Below, in pieces: positions 1 through 10,249 of a stretch of 64,000 nucleotides of DNA; position 1 is the first letter of the stretch; each line of letters opens with the position of its first letter. The position numbers and the translations under genes were made by a program. The notes under the pieces are model-generated. The model was given only the letters and a program-made list of their open reading frames with translations. It was not told the DNA's origin and did not search any database. The stretch comes from Octopus bimaculoides (taxonomy: Eukaryota), in NCBI RefSeq assembly GCF_001194135.2, contig NC_069008.1, forward strand, positions 12,682,155-12,746,154. The letters are read 5' to 3'.

Positions 1-539
1 TGCAAGTAATTTTTCAAGATCATTGAAATAAATATATAAGAAATATTTTTGTCATAAAATGAATTGGCTGATACACGTTTCCCCATCACTATCACCAGTG
101 TGTGTATATACATTTATATATATATTTATATAATAATAACAATAATTCTAGGATGGAGTTTATAAATATTTGATACATTGCTACACATGTTTCCACAAAT
201 CACATGACTTTAACATCAGAGTCTGTATCCTTGGGATGAATACAGCATAGTCCATATATGGACATGTGGTTGATCATCATCATTGATTCATATCAGGTGA
301 TACTGCATTAGTGGGATGTTTATCCCGTCTTGTCAGTATGAAGGCCAATCTAGCTATATTTATTTTACATATATCAGTATAACCATGATGCAGCCCTGAA
401 AACTTGACTCGCTAGTCAGTATCATTAAACGGTGGCCAGTTTAGTAAAATAAGAGCTTTATTTGCATACCCTTAATGTTAACATAAACGAATTTAAAAGA
501 TATATTTATATATGCATGAATTTGCAGTTAGTGATTCTG

Positions 540-1650
540 CAAAGAAGGAGGCTTGGAATTGCCACTATGAAAGGCTACTAAATGGGAGAAGGAGAACCTG
601 CCTAATGTGGACCCAACAGAGGGGCCAGCTATCCAAATCAACATTAGCTTAGTGGATAAAGCAATTAAAGGTATGAAGACAAAGAAAGCCTCTGATCTAT
701 TGGGAATCACTGTTGAGACGTTTAAAATATCTGGTAGAGTGGGACATGACCGAGTCACATAATTAATCAGGTTGTACATGAGGGAATCATGCCCAACGAT
801 TGGTGTAGCAGTATAATAGTCAATTGCTATAAAGGCAAAGGTAATGCCTCAGGAATAATTACAGAGGCATTGAATTGCTGAACCAGATGATGAGTGTTAC
901 AAAAAGGGTCATAGCTCAATTTAGAAGAGAGCATAGATGAGATGCAATTTTGATTTGTACCTGGCAGAAACACCGACCAATGCTGATTTCCTGGTGAGGC
1001 AACTGCAGAAGTACTTGGCCCAAAATAAGCCTCTGTTTCTGGCTTTGATTGACATGGAAAACACCTTTGATAGGAATCCCCACTCCCTTATCTGGTGGGC
1101 AATGTGGAAGCTGGGGATAGATGAGGGCTGTAAATGCCATGTACAGAGATGAGGTCAGTAAGGAGAAAACTGGTAATGATAGTTTGAAGGCTTGTACCAC
1201 CAAACAGCTAATCGACTCTGGCTACTGGAAGTGAAACTTGGATGATTCTGGAAGGTAGATCTAGAGAGAGTGTGGGCCAAAACTAAACATCCTTCCCCCT
1301 CCATTGGTCAGTTGATGCTTAGATTGTTTCACGTGACAGTTAGCTGGTACTGGCAGCTGGAGACTACCGGCAAGTATTTAAAGGAAAATTTGGCAGGGTG
1401 GTCGTTGCCCACTGACATTTGTTGATGTTACATTGAAGAAACTAAAGAACAAAAGGCCCCCCAAAAAATGAAAAAAGCACGCTCAACACCAGAGTTGAAG
1501 ACACCTCCAAAAGGTGGGAGACTACCACATCAAAAATGGTAGAGGAGTAGGGGTGAAAACTGGATGTGGTTCCTCCTGATAATGTCCTTAGCCACTGGAT
1601 CCTATGAAAGAGTTGTTGAGGTAGTGAATCCACGAAACAGATGGAATTCC
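540..1650 (+). mobile_element. Degenerate RTE-like LINE reverse-transcriptase fragments
   Basis: Broken frames read WEKENLPNVDPTEGPAIQINISLVDKAIKGMK and LQKYLAQNKPLFLALIDMENTFDRNPHSLIWWAMWKLGIDE, typical of non-LTR RT; a related copy lies at 10250-11420. Confidence 0.75.
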
Positions 1651-3159
1651 TTCTTAACAAGGAATTTAGTGTACAAGTGCTCAAGAACATAGCACACAGC
1701 CTAGTCTGGGAATTAAACTCACAATCTCATGATTGTGAGCCTGACATTCTAACCACTGAGCCATGCACCTTCACATTTAAGAAATACTTGAACTTGTAAG
1801 AAGTTTGTCATAGAGAAATATTCTTGCAGTAGAAAAAAGTTGTAAATACACCACGGTCAGTTCAAAGAGCCCTCTTCCAGATTCACGTGTGCATACATTT
1901 TGGAATGGTTATCTTCTCATCAACATCAGACACTAAAAAGAGAGGCAACTCTAAACTGACAAAGAGACTAAGTTTCTCTAACTGGAATCCAGTCAAAACC
2001 TTTTCACTGGTGGCGCTGTTTGGCTGCCCAGTCATAGCAAAATACAGATTAGAAGCACTAAGCAGTAATTGAGATAAATATAAATTGTTAGCATTTTGGT
2101 TTTTGCGTCAGAGACAAGTACTGCTGATATCAACTCTATAGAAACCAGTAGGGGAAGTATTTAGATAAGAGCAAACTATTGTCCTTAACATTCATTGCCT
2201 TAGGCAGAGTCCCTCATTGTATGAGCTGGTTGACTCAAAGAAAACTAGGGGTACACAAATGGCATGAGAAAGCCACACAAGCTATGTACAAGGGTACTGT
2301 CATTAACTTGACTGTTAACTATGCTTCTGTTACATAATTAACCAAGTAAGCAGTGGAGGAGAATGTTAGAAAAGTATAGTTGTTACAATAAAAACTGGTT
2401 GGAGAAAGTTCAAACACCTTTTGCTGTTTAGTATTGAGGTAGTTGTCTGCAGTTATCCTCTTTCTCTTTGAAATGTCAAGAGTTGAGAGAGAGAAACTAC
2501 TAGTGGGGATGAACATCTACAATGTTTCCCTAGAAATTTACAGATATGCAGATCTGTTAATTTATTTCCCATTATAAAACACGATGACTTGGCCAAGACG
2601 TCTACACTTGATAGAATGACGGAAGGTACAAATGTATAACGTTTAAATGTAATTCTCTGGTAGATCTGGCCTAACAAAACTGTAGTGTTGGTCACAGAGA
2701 AAGGAGACATATTGCAGGTGATAAACGGGGTAGAACTTTACAACTAATTTATACTGCTTTTAAGATGATGGAAGTCATGTTGTTATCATAGCAGCATTAG
2801 AAAGTTTGGTATGACGTTTAAATGTAATTCTCCGGTGGATCTAGATTGCCTTGATTAGAATATAAACAATATCTTTTGTGCTTCCCTAGACTGATGAAGA
2901 TGACCGTAAAGAGGTAGACATTAAAAGTAAGAGTGGGAGATATCCGATTTTCTATTCAATATTTGCAGGGGGTGGGGGAACTACAGCAATGTAGATCTGT
3001 GACTAAAATTTTTTCACTCTCAGATGTTACTGATAGTCAAACTTACAGAATTCCATTATTGTTTGTATTTGAAGCAAAACTTTCGCAATTCCGTTACATT
3101 TAACAGTAACTGTTTATATATTTGAAATAAATTTTTTTAGAATCCATATTTTGTCTAGC

Positions 3160-4500
3160 AGCATATAAACAGAAACAAAGTACATTTCGTCGTTTGTGTT
3201 TCCGAGTCTATTTTTATAATTTCTGTTGTTAAAGTTTACTTCGTGTGAAATTGCTTCTTCGTGCAGACGGTGTTCCAGCTTTATAGGCAGCTGAATTTAG
3301 GAGGGGAACAGAGTCTTGACGATGACCCAGGGTCTGGACGTCCCACAACTACCACCACAGAGGAAAACATTGATCATGTTCACCACTTGCTAATGAATGA
3401 CAAGCGATTGACTATAGATGAAATAGCCAATGCTGTTAGCATATCCCACAAGTTGAGAATATTCTGCACAATGAACTTGGCATGACGAAGGTTTCTGTTC
3501 AGACGTTTGGTGTAATTGAAAATATTTCACTATAAACTATATATGTAGCATAACAGGTAAGATATAATAATACAGTTATTTTAGTAAAGGTAGTTCAGCG
3601 TGAGTAATGTAAAACCTTTTGATGTTGTTTGCCTGATATTAATATTAATTCTATTCTCCACTACTTTAACTAAAATCAATTAAACAGATTTAGGCATAAC
3701 TATGCATGTGTGAAAAGGATATTTTGAAATAAAACGTTCGACAAATACTTTTCAAATTATGTATATTACGATTTTCTCGAATTTGATGTGTGCGCGAAAA
3801 ATAATGGTAGTGTTAATTCTCATACTTCAAACTGTATGAAGAAACAAAATCGAAGTTTGGGAATTATCCATCCACGCCCCTAAATTTTGTTTTCACATCA
3901 AATTCTCACACAATCGTAATCTACACTATTTGAAACAGATTTGTGAAAATTTTAATTTAAAAAAATTATCCAATTTTAACAATTGAATATTTTCTGAGAA
4001 AGCAAATCGAAACTCTTCTACACCCTTCCGAAAACATTTCTCACAACAAATTCCAATGGAATCCCAATCACCATCCAAAATATATCCCTGGAAAATCTCT
4101 GTGCGTAACAAGTATTTTCAGAAAGTTATGAAGAAGCAAATTCGGTGGGGCACACATCTGTAGGTATGCCCAAATTTAATCAATTAAAAAGATAAATCAA
4201 CGATCTAATTCTAGACACTCTCTAAACTACGATCTATGATTTTATAGGAACGTATTGTGAAGTTTCTGCTTATGAACATGTAATAATAGATTGATTGATA
4301 AACACATCCATACCATCACTTTGAAAATAAATTTAATATTTATTTACTTGGATATTTACCGAAAAGGTGTCACCCAAACCCCTTTTCTCTAATCACACAG
4401 ATATTTGACTTTCCGTATGCTAAACTTGTGAGAGTAAAAGTTATTAAGTTTGAAAATATCGTTAAGAAAAATAAATCAAAACTATGATCGATAGAATAAG
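3160..4500 (+). promoter_or_regulatory. Conserved ZNF 5' cassette copy 1: putative promoter, non-coding exon 1 (donor GT at 3557) and start of intron 1
   Basis: Begins TATAAACAGAAACAAAGTACATTTCGTCGTTTGTGTTTCCGAGTC and contains GCATAACAG|GTAAGATATAATAATACAG; homologous blocks at about 12550, 29770, 56490 (+) and 45220 (-). Confidence 0.6.
3265..3500 (+). mobile_element. Mariner transposase HTH-region fragment inside the cassette
   Basis: Reads DDDPGSGRPTTTTTEENIDHVHHLLMNDKRLTIDEIANAVSISH then LGMTKVS; absent from the other cassette copies. Confidence 0.8.
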
Positions 4501-5423
4501 CTTGTTGGTTTTATTTTGTTATTAAATGATTTCAGACCACAATATGGCGGAAAATAGAATTAATATGAATGTTTCACTTGGAACATCAAACGGTTTGAAT
4601 AATCAATGTTCACCATATCTTTTATTTGAGTTATTGAACTGTGACCATGCTGGGGCACCACATCCAAGAGTTTTAGTCAAATCACCCTCAGTATGTAAGT
4701 TTTTTTTGTACATCTGGTACTTATTCTAATGATAACTTATGCTGAACTTTTAAGTTACAGGGACGTAAACAGTCTAACACTGGTTTTCAACTGAGTAAGT
4801 GGGGTATAAACACAAAGACACCCTCCCCTACACTTGTATGTGTATCTATCTATCTATCTATCTATCTATAGGCATTGGTTAGCTTGTCTATTGTAGGAGA
4901 CACTTTGCCAAGGTGCCATGCTGTGGGACTGAACTTGAAACGACATGGTTGCAAGGCAAGCCTGTTAACCACACAGCCATGTCTGTTGCTGTAATTTACT
5001 TTACATCAAATGTAATGGTCAACTCTGGATTTTCAAATATAACACATCAACATTTCAGTTTAGACGTATTATCCTGTACATAAAAGGGTAAGGAAACATC
5101 ATTTTCCAATGTTAAATATTTCCACTTCTATATAATTGCTGTATCTTTGAGAGGCTCACATAATTCTATTATCCAAAGGACATTATTTATGTTTTTGACA
5201 ATTAACTGTTTTCAGTGCTTGATAAATAATATGGCATCAATGATCTCTAATCTAATAGATTAGTATTTTCAAAGGTTTTGTCAACTTCATTTGGTGATAA
5301 ACAACCTGTCTATATTGTAAGGTTTGGTTTGTCTAAGGTGTTACCAATTTTGTTACATGGTAAATGCCTTCTCTTTGCTCTAAGATTTGTGTTTTCAAAG
5401 GTTATCAATATACTCAGTAAATC

Positions 5424-5480
<57 letters not shown>

Positions 5481-6201
5481 NNNNNNNNNNNNNNNNNNNN
5501 NNNNNNNNNNNNNNNNNNNNNNNNNNNNNNNNNNNNNNNNNNNNNNNNNNNNNNNNNNNNNNNNNNNNNNNNNNNNNNNNNNNNNNNNNNNNNNNNNNNN
5601 NNNNNNNNNNNNNNNNNNNNNNNNNNNNNNNNNNNNNNNNNNNNNNNNNNNNNNNNNNNNNNNNNNNNNNNNNNNNNNNNNNNNNNNNNNNNNNNNNNNN
5701 NNNNNNNNNNNNNNNNNNNNNNNNNNNNNNNNNNNNNNNNNNNNNNNNNNNNNNNNNNNNNNNNNNNNNNNNNNNNNNNNNNNNNNNNNNNNNNNNNNNN
5801 NNNNNNNNNNNNNNNNNNNNNNNNNNNNNNNNNNNNNNNNNNNNNNNNNNNNNNNNNNNNNNNNNNNNNNNNNNNNNNNNNNNNNNNNNNNNNNNNNNNN
5901 NNNNNNNNNNNNNNNNNNNNNNNNNNNNNNNNNNNNNNNNNNNNNNNNNNNNNNNNNNNNNNNNNNNNNNNNNNNNNNNNNNNNNNNNNNNNNNNNNNNN
6001 NNNNNNNNNNNNNNNNNNNNNNNNNNNNNNNNNNNNNNNNNNNNNNNNNNNNNNNNNNNNNNNNNNNNNNNNNNNNNNNNNNNNNNNNNNNNNNNNNNNN
6101 NNNNNNNNNNNNNNNNNNNNNNNNNNNNNNNNNNNNNNNNNNNNNNNNNNNNNNNNNNNNNNNNNNNNNNNNNNNNNNNNNNNNNNNNNNNNNNNNNNNN
6201 N

Positions 6202-6385
6202 CGAAATGGTGTCTTTTATGTGCCACCCGCACAAGCCAGTCCAGGGGCACTGGCAACGATCTCGCTCGAAAATCCTACAGGAGCCAGTCAGGCGGTACTG
6301 GCAACGGCCACGCTCAAAATGGTGCATCTCATGTGCCACCCGCACAAGAACCAGTCCAGGGGCACTGGCAACGATCTTACTTGGC
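6202..6385 (-). mobile_element. Fragment of the (GAT)n-tailed SINE/RTE-derived repeat
   Basis: Internal repeat GGCAACGGCCACGCTCAAAATGGTG...CCAGTCCAGGGGCACTGGCAACGATCT shared with copies at 23830, 43760, 60072 and 62030. Confidence 0.75.
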
Positions 6386-6399
6386 TTATATATATTTAT

Positions 6400-6625
6400 G
6401 TGTGTGCGCCTGTGTTTGCCCCTCCACCGTCGCTTGACAACCGATGTTGGCACGTTTACATCCTTGTAACTTAGTGGTTTGGCAAAAGAGATCGATAGAA
6501 TAAGTATCAGGCTTACAAAGAATAAGTCCTAAGGTTGATTTCTTCAACTAAAAAATTCTTTAAGGCAGTGCTCCAGCATGGCCACAATCAAATGACTGAA
6601 ACAAGCAAAAGAAAAGAATAAAAGA
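6400..6625 (+). mobile_element. 3' half of a tRNA-derived SINE
   Basis: CGCTTGACAACCGATG...GATAGAATAAGTA...GTGCTCCAGCATGGCC...AATGACTGAAACAAG matches fuller copies at 44410-44725 and 56105-56465. Confidence 0.75.
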
Positions 6626-6920
6626 ATATATTATGATATGTGTGTGTGTGTATATGCGTGTATGTAAAAGTGAAGTGAGTAGCTTCCTCTTCTCTACTGA
6701 GATTTCATCCGACACATGTTGAACTGGATATTGACTACAGGCTGCCACAAATAAAGACCACTAAAAGAAAGCTTTCATTGATTCCATTGAAAAAAAAAAA
6801 AACTTATTTAACATGAAACATGAAGTCATAGAAAAGTAACCATATTTATTTTCTGAATTATATCTACTATATTATCATTATCCACTGTCCACTTTTTCAT
6901 GCTTGCATGAATCAGACAAA

Positions 6921-7516
6921 GGATCTTTTTTAAAACGGGGGCCACATTTTTCATTAATGATTTACGTAGTGCTTTTGGTACCGAAAGACTTTCAAACTTC
7001 GTATACTTATCTATTTTGTGTTATAGAACAGAAAAATATTTTTGTATTCGAATTTATTTCATGTAAAAAATTGTCTTATTTCGATAATTTCAACCAATCA
7101 CTGACGTCCACTCAGCCGATATACATTAAGTGCCGACTACATAAACAAACGATTCTTCGTTTTATTTGCTTTTTTCATTTTAAATTTGCTTTAACCCTAA
7201 CCCTAAGCCTAAGCCTAACCCTAACTCTAACCCTAGGGTTAGGGTTAGGGTTAGAGTTAGGGTTAGGGTTAGGGTTAATTGTTTCAGAATCGTTTGTTTA
7301 TGTAGTCGGCACTTAATGTATATCGGCTGAATGGACGTCAGTGATTGGTTGAAATTACAGAAATACGACAACTTTAACATGGAATAATTTATGGATTTCT
7401 TTTTTTTTTAAGAAGACTAAGAGAAAAAGATGTTTTATATGACACATTCTACCAGTGTTCCAAGTTTCAAAGTGTTTCGTTAATGAAAAATGTGGCCCCC
7501 GTTTTAAAAAAGATCC
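6921..7516. mobile_element. Foldback (MITE-like) DNA element with 8-bp TSD and central (CCCTAA)n/(TTAGGG)n
   Basis: Termini GGATCTTTTTTAAAACGGGGGCCACATTTTTCATTA and their reverse complement ending 7516; CAGACAAA at 6913-6920 and 7517-7524; inner arms about 7050-7165 and 7280-7390 are near-perfect inverted repeats. Confidence 0.9.
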
Positions 7517-7899
7517 CAGACAAAATTTGTGAAAGTAAATTTTCTTTTGCAGGATGCCTTTTCTGTCACCAACCTTCACCTGTTTCCAGACAAGGCTATA
7601 ATTCCCAAGGCTAGACATAGTTTTCAAAGAAAACTGGAAACAAACATCATTTGTATGATGATGATGCTCGTTTACAGCCATCATATGATGACAAGAACTG
7701 GGTACACTCAAACACACACACACACACACATTTGGTAGAGACTGGGTGTCTACAGAATCCACTCACAAAGTATTGGTCAACACAAGGCTATAGGAGACAG
7801 TTGGCCTTGGTTGCACCTGAGACCACATGATTAGGAAGCAAGCTTCTTAACCACATGAGCAAGCCTGTACAAATACATATATCTATTTATCTACACAAA

Positions 7900-8345
7900 T
7901 ATAAAATACATCTCGAAACAGTTCAGTTCAAGTAAATATTTATTTCTACAGTTTATCTCTATAAGAAATTGAGAAAAAATTTCCACTGTTATGTTTTAAG
8001 TATCCCCTATATCTTATACTGTTGTTTCTCTATTATTTCAGAATAACAAATGACATTGGCATCTAAGAATTGTATACATCATCAATATTTATTATTGTTT
8101 AAAGACTCGAGGAAAATGTGATGCAGGGCAGATGTAACTGTCCTTATATAAAACTATGGCAAAAGACTGGCAAATATATTTTCTGAACTGAGACAGAAAA
8201 CAGAATTGTTTTCTTGACTGTCTGGAATGTGTCCAATCCACCTCAGATATTGACAAAAATCACAGTAGTAGAAACGCGCTTCAGGAAAAAAATATGGACA
8301 CAAAAAGAAGACAAACATCTAAATTGTGGTGAGAAAAGAAAAATA
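7900..8345 (+). promoter_or_regulatory. Splice acceptor (AG at 8040-8041) and 5' UTR of ZNF-A exon 2, with uORF 8050-8121
   Basis: CTGTTGTTTCTCTATTATTTCAG|AATAACAAATGACATTGGCATC, homologous to 25217, 58382 (+) and 43325 (-). Confidence 0.7.
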
Positions 8346-9722
8346 ATGGAAAAAGAATTACGTGTGAATAAGGCAAAATTGAAAACACAGTTTAAAAGTA
8401 TTGATTTTCATAGTGATATGACTAAAGAGAAAGGAGAAACATCATATCCCTGTGATGTCTCTGGTAAATTATCCTCTGAAACTGGTCACTTAACAAAACA
8501 CAAATGTATTCATGTAGGAGAGAGACCATATTGCTGTGATATCTGTGGCATATCATTCTCGCAAAGAAATCACTTAACTGAACACAAACATACTCATACA
8601 GGTGAGAAGCCTTATCACTGTGATATCTGTGGTAAATCATTCTCTCAAAGAGGTAGCTTAACAACACACAGACGTATTCACACAGGAGAGAAACCATATT
8701 GGTGTGATATTTGTGGTAAATCATTCTCTGTAAGTAGTGTCTTAACTACTCACAAATACATTCATACAGGAGAGAAACCATATCAGTGTGATATTTGTGG
8801 TAGATCATTCTCTCGAAATGATTACTTAACTGGACACAGACGTATTCATACAGGAGAGAAACCATTTCAGTGTGATATTTGTGGTAAATCATTCTTTCAA
8901 AAAAACCACTTAAATGAACACAAACGAAGTCATACAGGAGAGAAACCACATTACTGTGATATTTGTGGAAAATCATTCACTCGAAGAAATCACTTGACTG
9001 AACACAAACATATTCACACTGGAAAGAAACCATATCACTGTAGGATTTGTGGAAAATCTTTCTCTCGATGTAGTGATTTAACTAAACACAGACATATTCA
9101 CACAGGAGAAAAACCATATCAGTGTGATATCTGTGATAAATCATTCTCTGAAAGCGATACCTTAACTACACACAAACGTATTCATACAGGAGAGAAGCCA
9201 TATTGCTGTGATATTTGTGGTAAATCATTCTCTCGAAATGATTATTTAATTGGACACAGACGTATTCACACAGGTGAGAAGCCATATCATTGTGATATCT
9301 GTGGTAAATCCTTCTCTCGAAGAAATCACTTAACTGAACACCAACATATTCACACAGGAGAGAAACCATATAACTGTGATATCTGTGGTAAATCGTTCTC
9401 TCGAAATTCTCTCTTAACTGAACACAAACGTATTCATACAGGAGAGAAACCATATCACTGTGATATCTGTGATAAATCATTCTCTAACAGCAGTAATTTA
9501 ACTAAGCACAAATATATTCACACAGGAGAGAAACCATATCACTGTGATATCTGTGGCAAATCATTCTCTGACAAAGATGCCTTAACTATACATAAACGTA
9601 TTCATACAGGAGAGAAACCATATCAATGTGATATCTGTGGTAAATCATTCTCTGTAAAAAGCTCCTTAAGTAGACACAAACCTATTCACAAAAGAGAGAA
9701 ACCTTATTGCTGCAATGTTTGA
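8346..9722 (+). CDS. C2H2 zinc-finger protein A (about 458 aa; 14 intact tandem fingers plus one degenerate N-terminal finger)
   Basis: Repeated CDICGKSFS...H...H with TGEKP linkers. First ATG is 8346 (MEKELRV...), matching the starts of the paralogues; the listed ORF start 8214 is TTG. Confidence 0.9.
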   Translation: MEKELRVNKAKLKTQFKSIDFHSDMTKEKGETSYPCDVSGKLSSETGHLTKHKCIHVGERPYCCDICGISFSQRNHLTEHKHTHTGEKPYHCDICGKSFSQRGSLTTHRRIHTGEKPYWCDICGKSFSVSSVLTTHKYIHTGEKPYQCDICGRSFSRNDYLTGHRRIHTGEKPFQCDICGKSFFQKNHLNEHKRSHTGEKPHYCDICGKSFTRRNHLTEHKHIHTGKKPYHCRICGKSFSRCSDLTKHRHIHTGEKPYQCDICDKSFSESDTLTTHKRIHTGEKPYCCDICGKSFSRNDYLIGHRRIHTGEKPYHCDICGKSFSRRNHLTEHQHIHTGEKPYNCDICGKSFSRNSLLTEHKRIHTGEKPYHCDICDKSFSNSSNLTKHKYIHTGEKPYHCDICGKSFSDKDALTIHKRIHTGEKPYQCDICGKSFSVKSSLSRHKPIHKREKPYCCNV

Positions 9723-9960
9723 AGTGTATAATTTTCTTGAATTGATTAATTATATAAATGTATTCATTATAAGAAAGAAACTGTGATATTTGTGGTAAAA
9801 CATTCTCTGTATATAGTCTCTTATCTACACAAACATAGTCATACTGGTGAGAAACTATATCAGTGTGATATCTGTGACAAATCATTCTCTCTAAGGATTC
9901 ACCTAATGAAATGTAAGTATTCATATACAGCAGAAGCTACATTAATGTCAGAATGTACGT
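9723..9960 (+). pseudogene. Relic fingers downstream of the ZNF-A stop
   Basis: TGTGATATTTGTGGTAAAACATTCTCT and [26 protein letters not shown] out of frame after the stop. Confidence 0.8.
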
Positions 9961-10249
9961 TGTTTCTAATAGTTTCAATAAATGATGAATTTATCTTCTG
10001 CGGTATTTAATATAACTTTATTAGTCTTTCTTGTCCAAATCCATGTTACTACCCATCCTGAATTAATTTTCTTCAGCTCATTTTATTTTTTACACAGTAC
10101 CATAAAACAAAGTAATGGGCTTGGAATGACTGGAAAGATTGAGGCAGCAGGAAGCTATATTAGGTAACCAGAAGGCAACAGGCCTACTTAAGCAAAAGCA
10201 GAAAGGAAGAGGTTTGCCAATGTCTTACAGCATGAAGATAAGAAACATG

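Noticed and set aside
2891-2915. Further CTGATGA motifs (2891-2897, 49909-49915, minus strand near 61630)
   Set aside because: They lack a correctly placed GAAA or pairable stems, so they do not form hammerheads.
4526-4729. Possible coding exon TTTCAG|ACCACAATATGGCGG (MAENRIN...)
   Set aside because: Short, runs into a SINE remnant, and has no counterpart in the other cassette copies; the motif could equally be a YY1-like site.
5278-6474. Long ORFs full of X (also about 12015-12557, 19225-20127, 54873-55775, 60245-60924)
   Set aside because: They stay open only because they run through N gaps and microsatellites.
7190-7280. Telomere-telomere fusion site
   Set aside because: The order is (CCCTAA)n then (TTAGGG)n, the reverse of an end-to-end fusion, and it sits inside a TIR- and TSD-bounded element.
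8214-8345. N-terminal extensions from TTG starts at 8214 and 58808
   Set aside because: Non-ATG starts; the paralogues align at ATG 8346 and 58892, and the 58808 extension is SINE sequence.
8422-9480. Minus-strand ORFs of the [20 protein letters not shown] type (also 25588-25920, 59112-59579, 59862-60089)
   Set aside because: They are the antisense reading of the 84-bp finger repeat, with no independent evidence of being genes.
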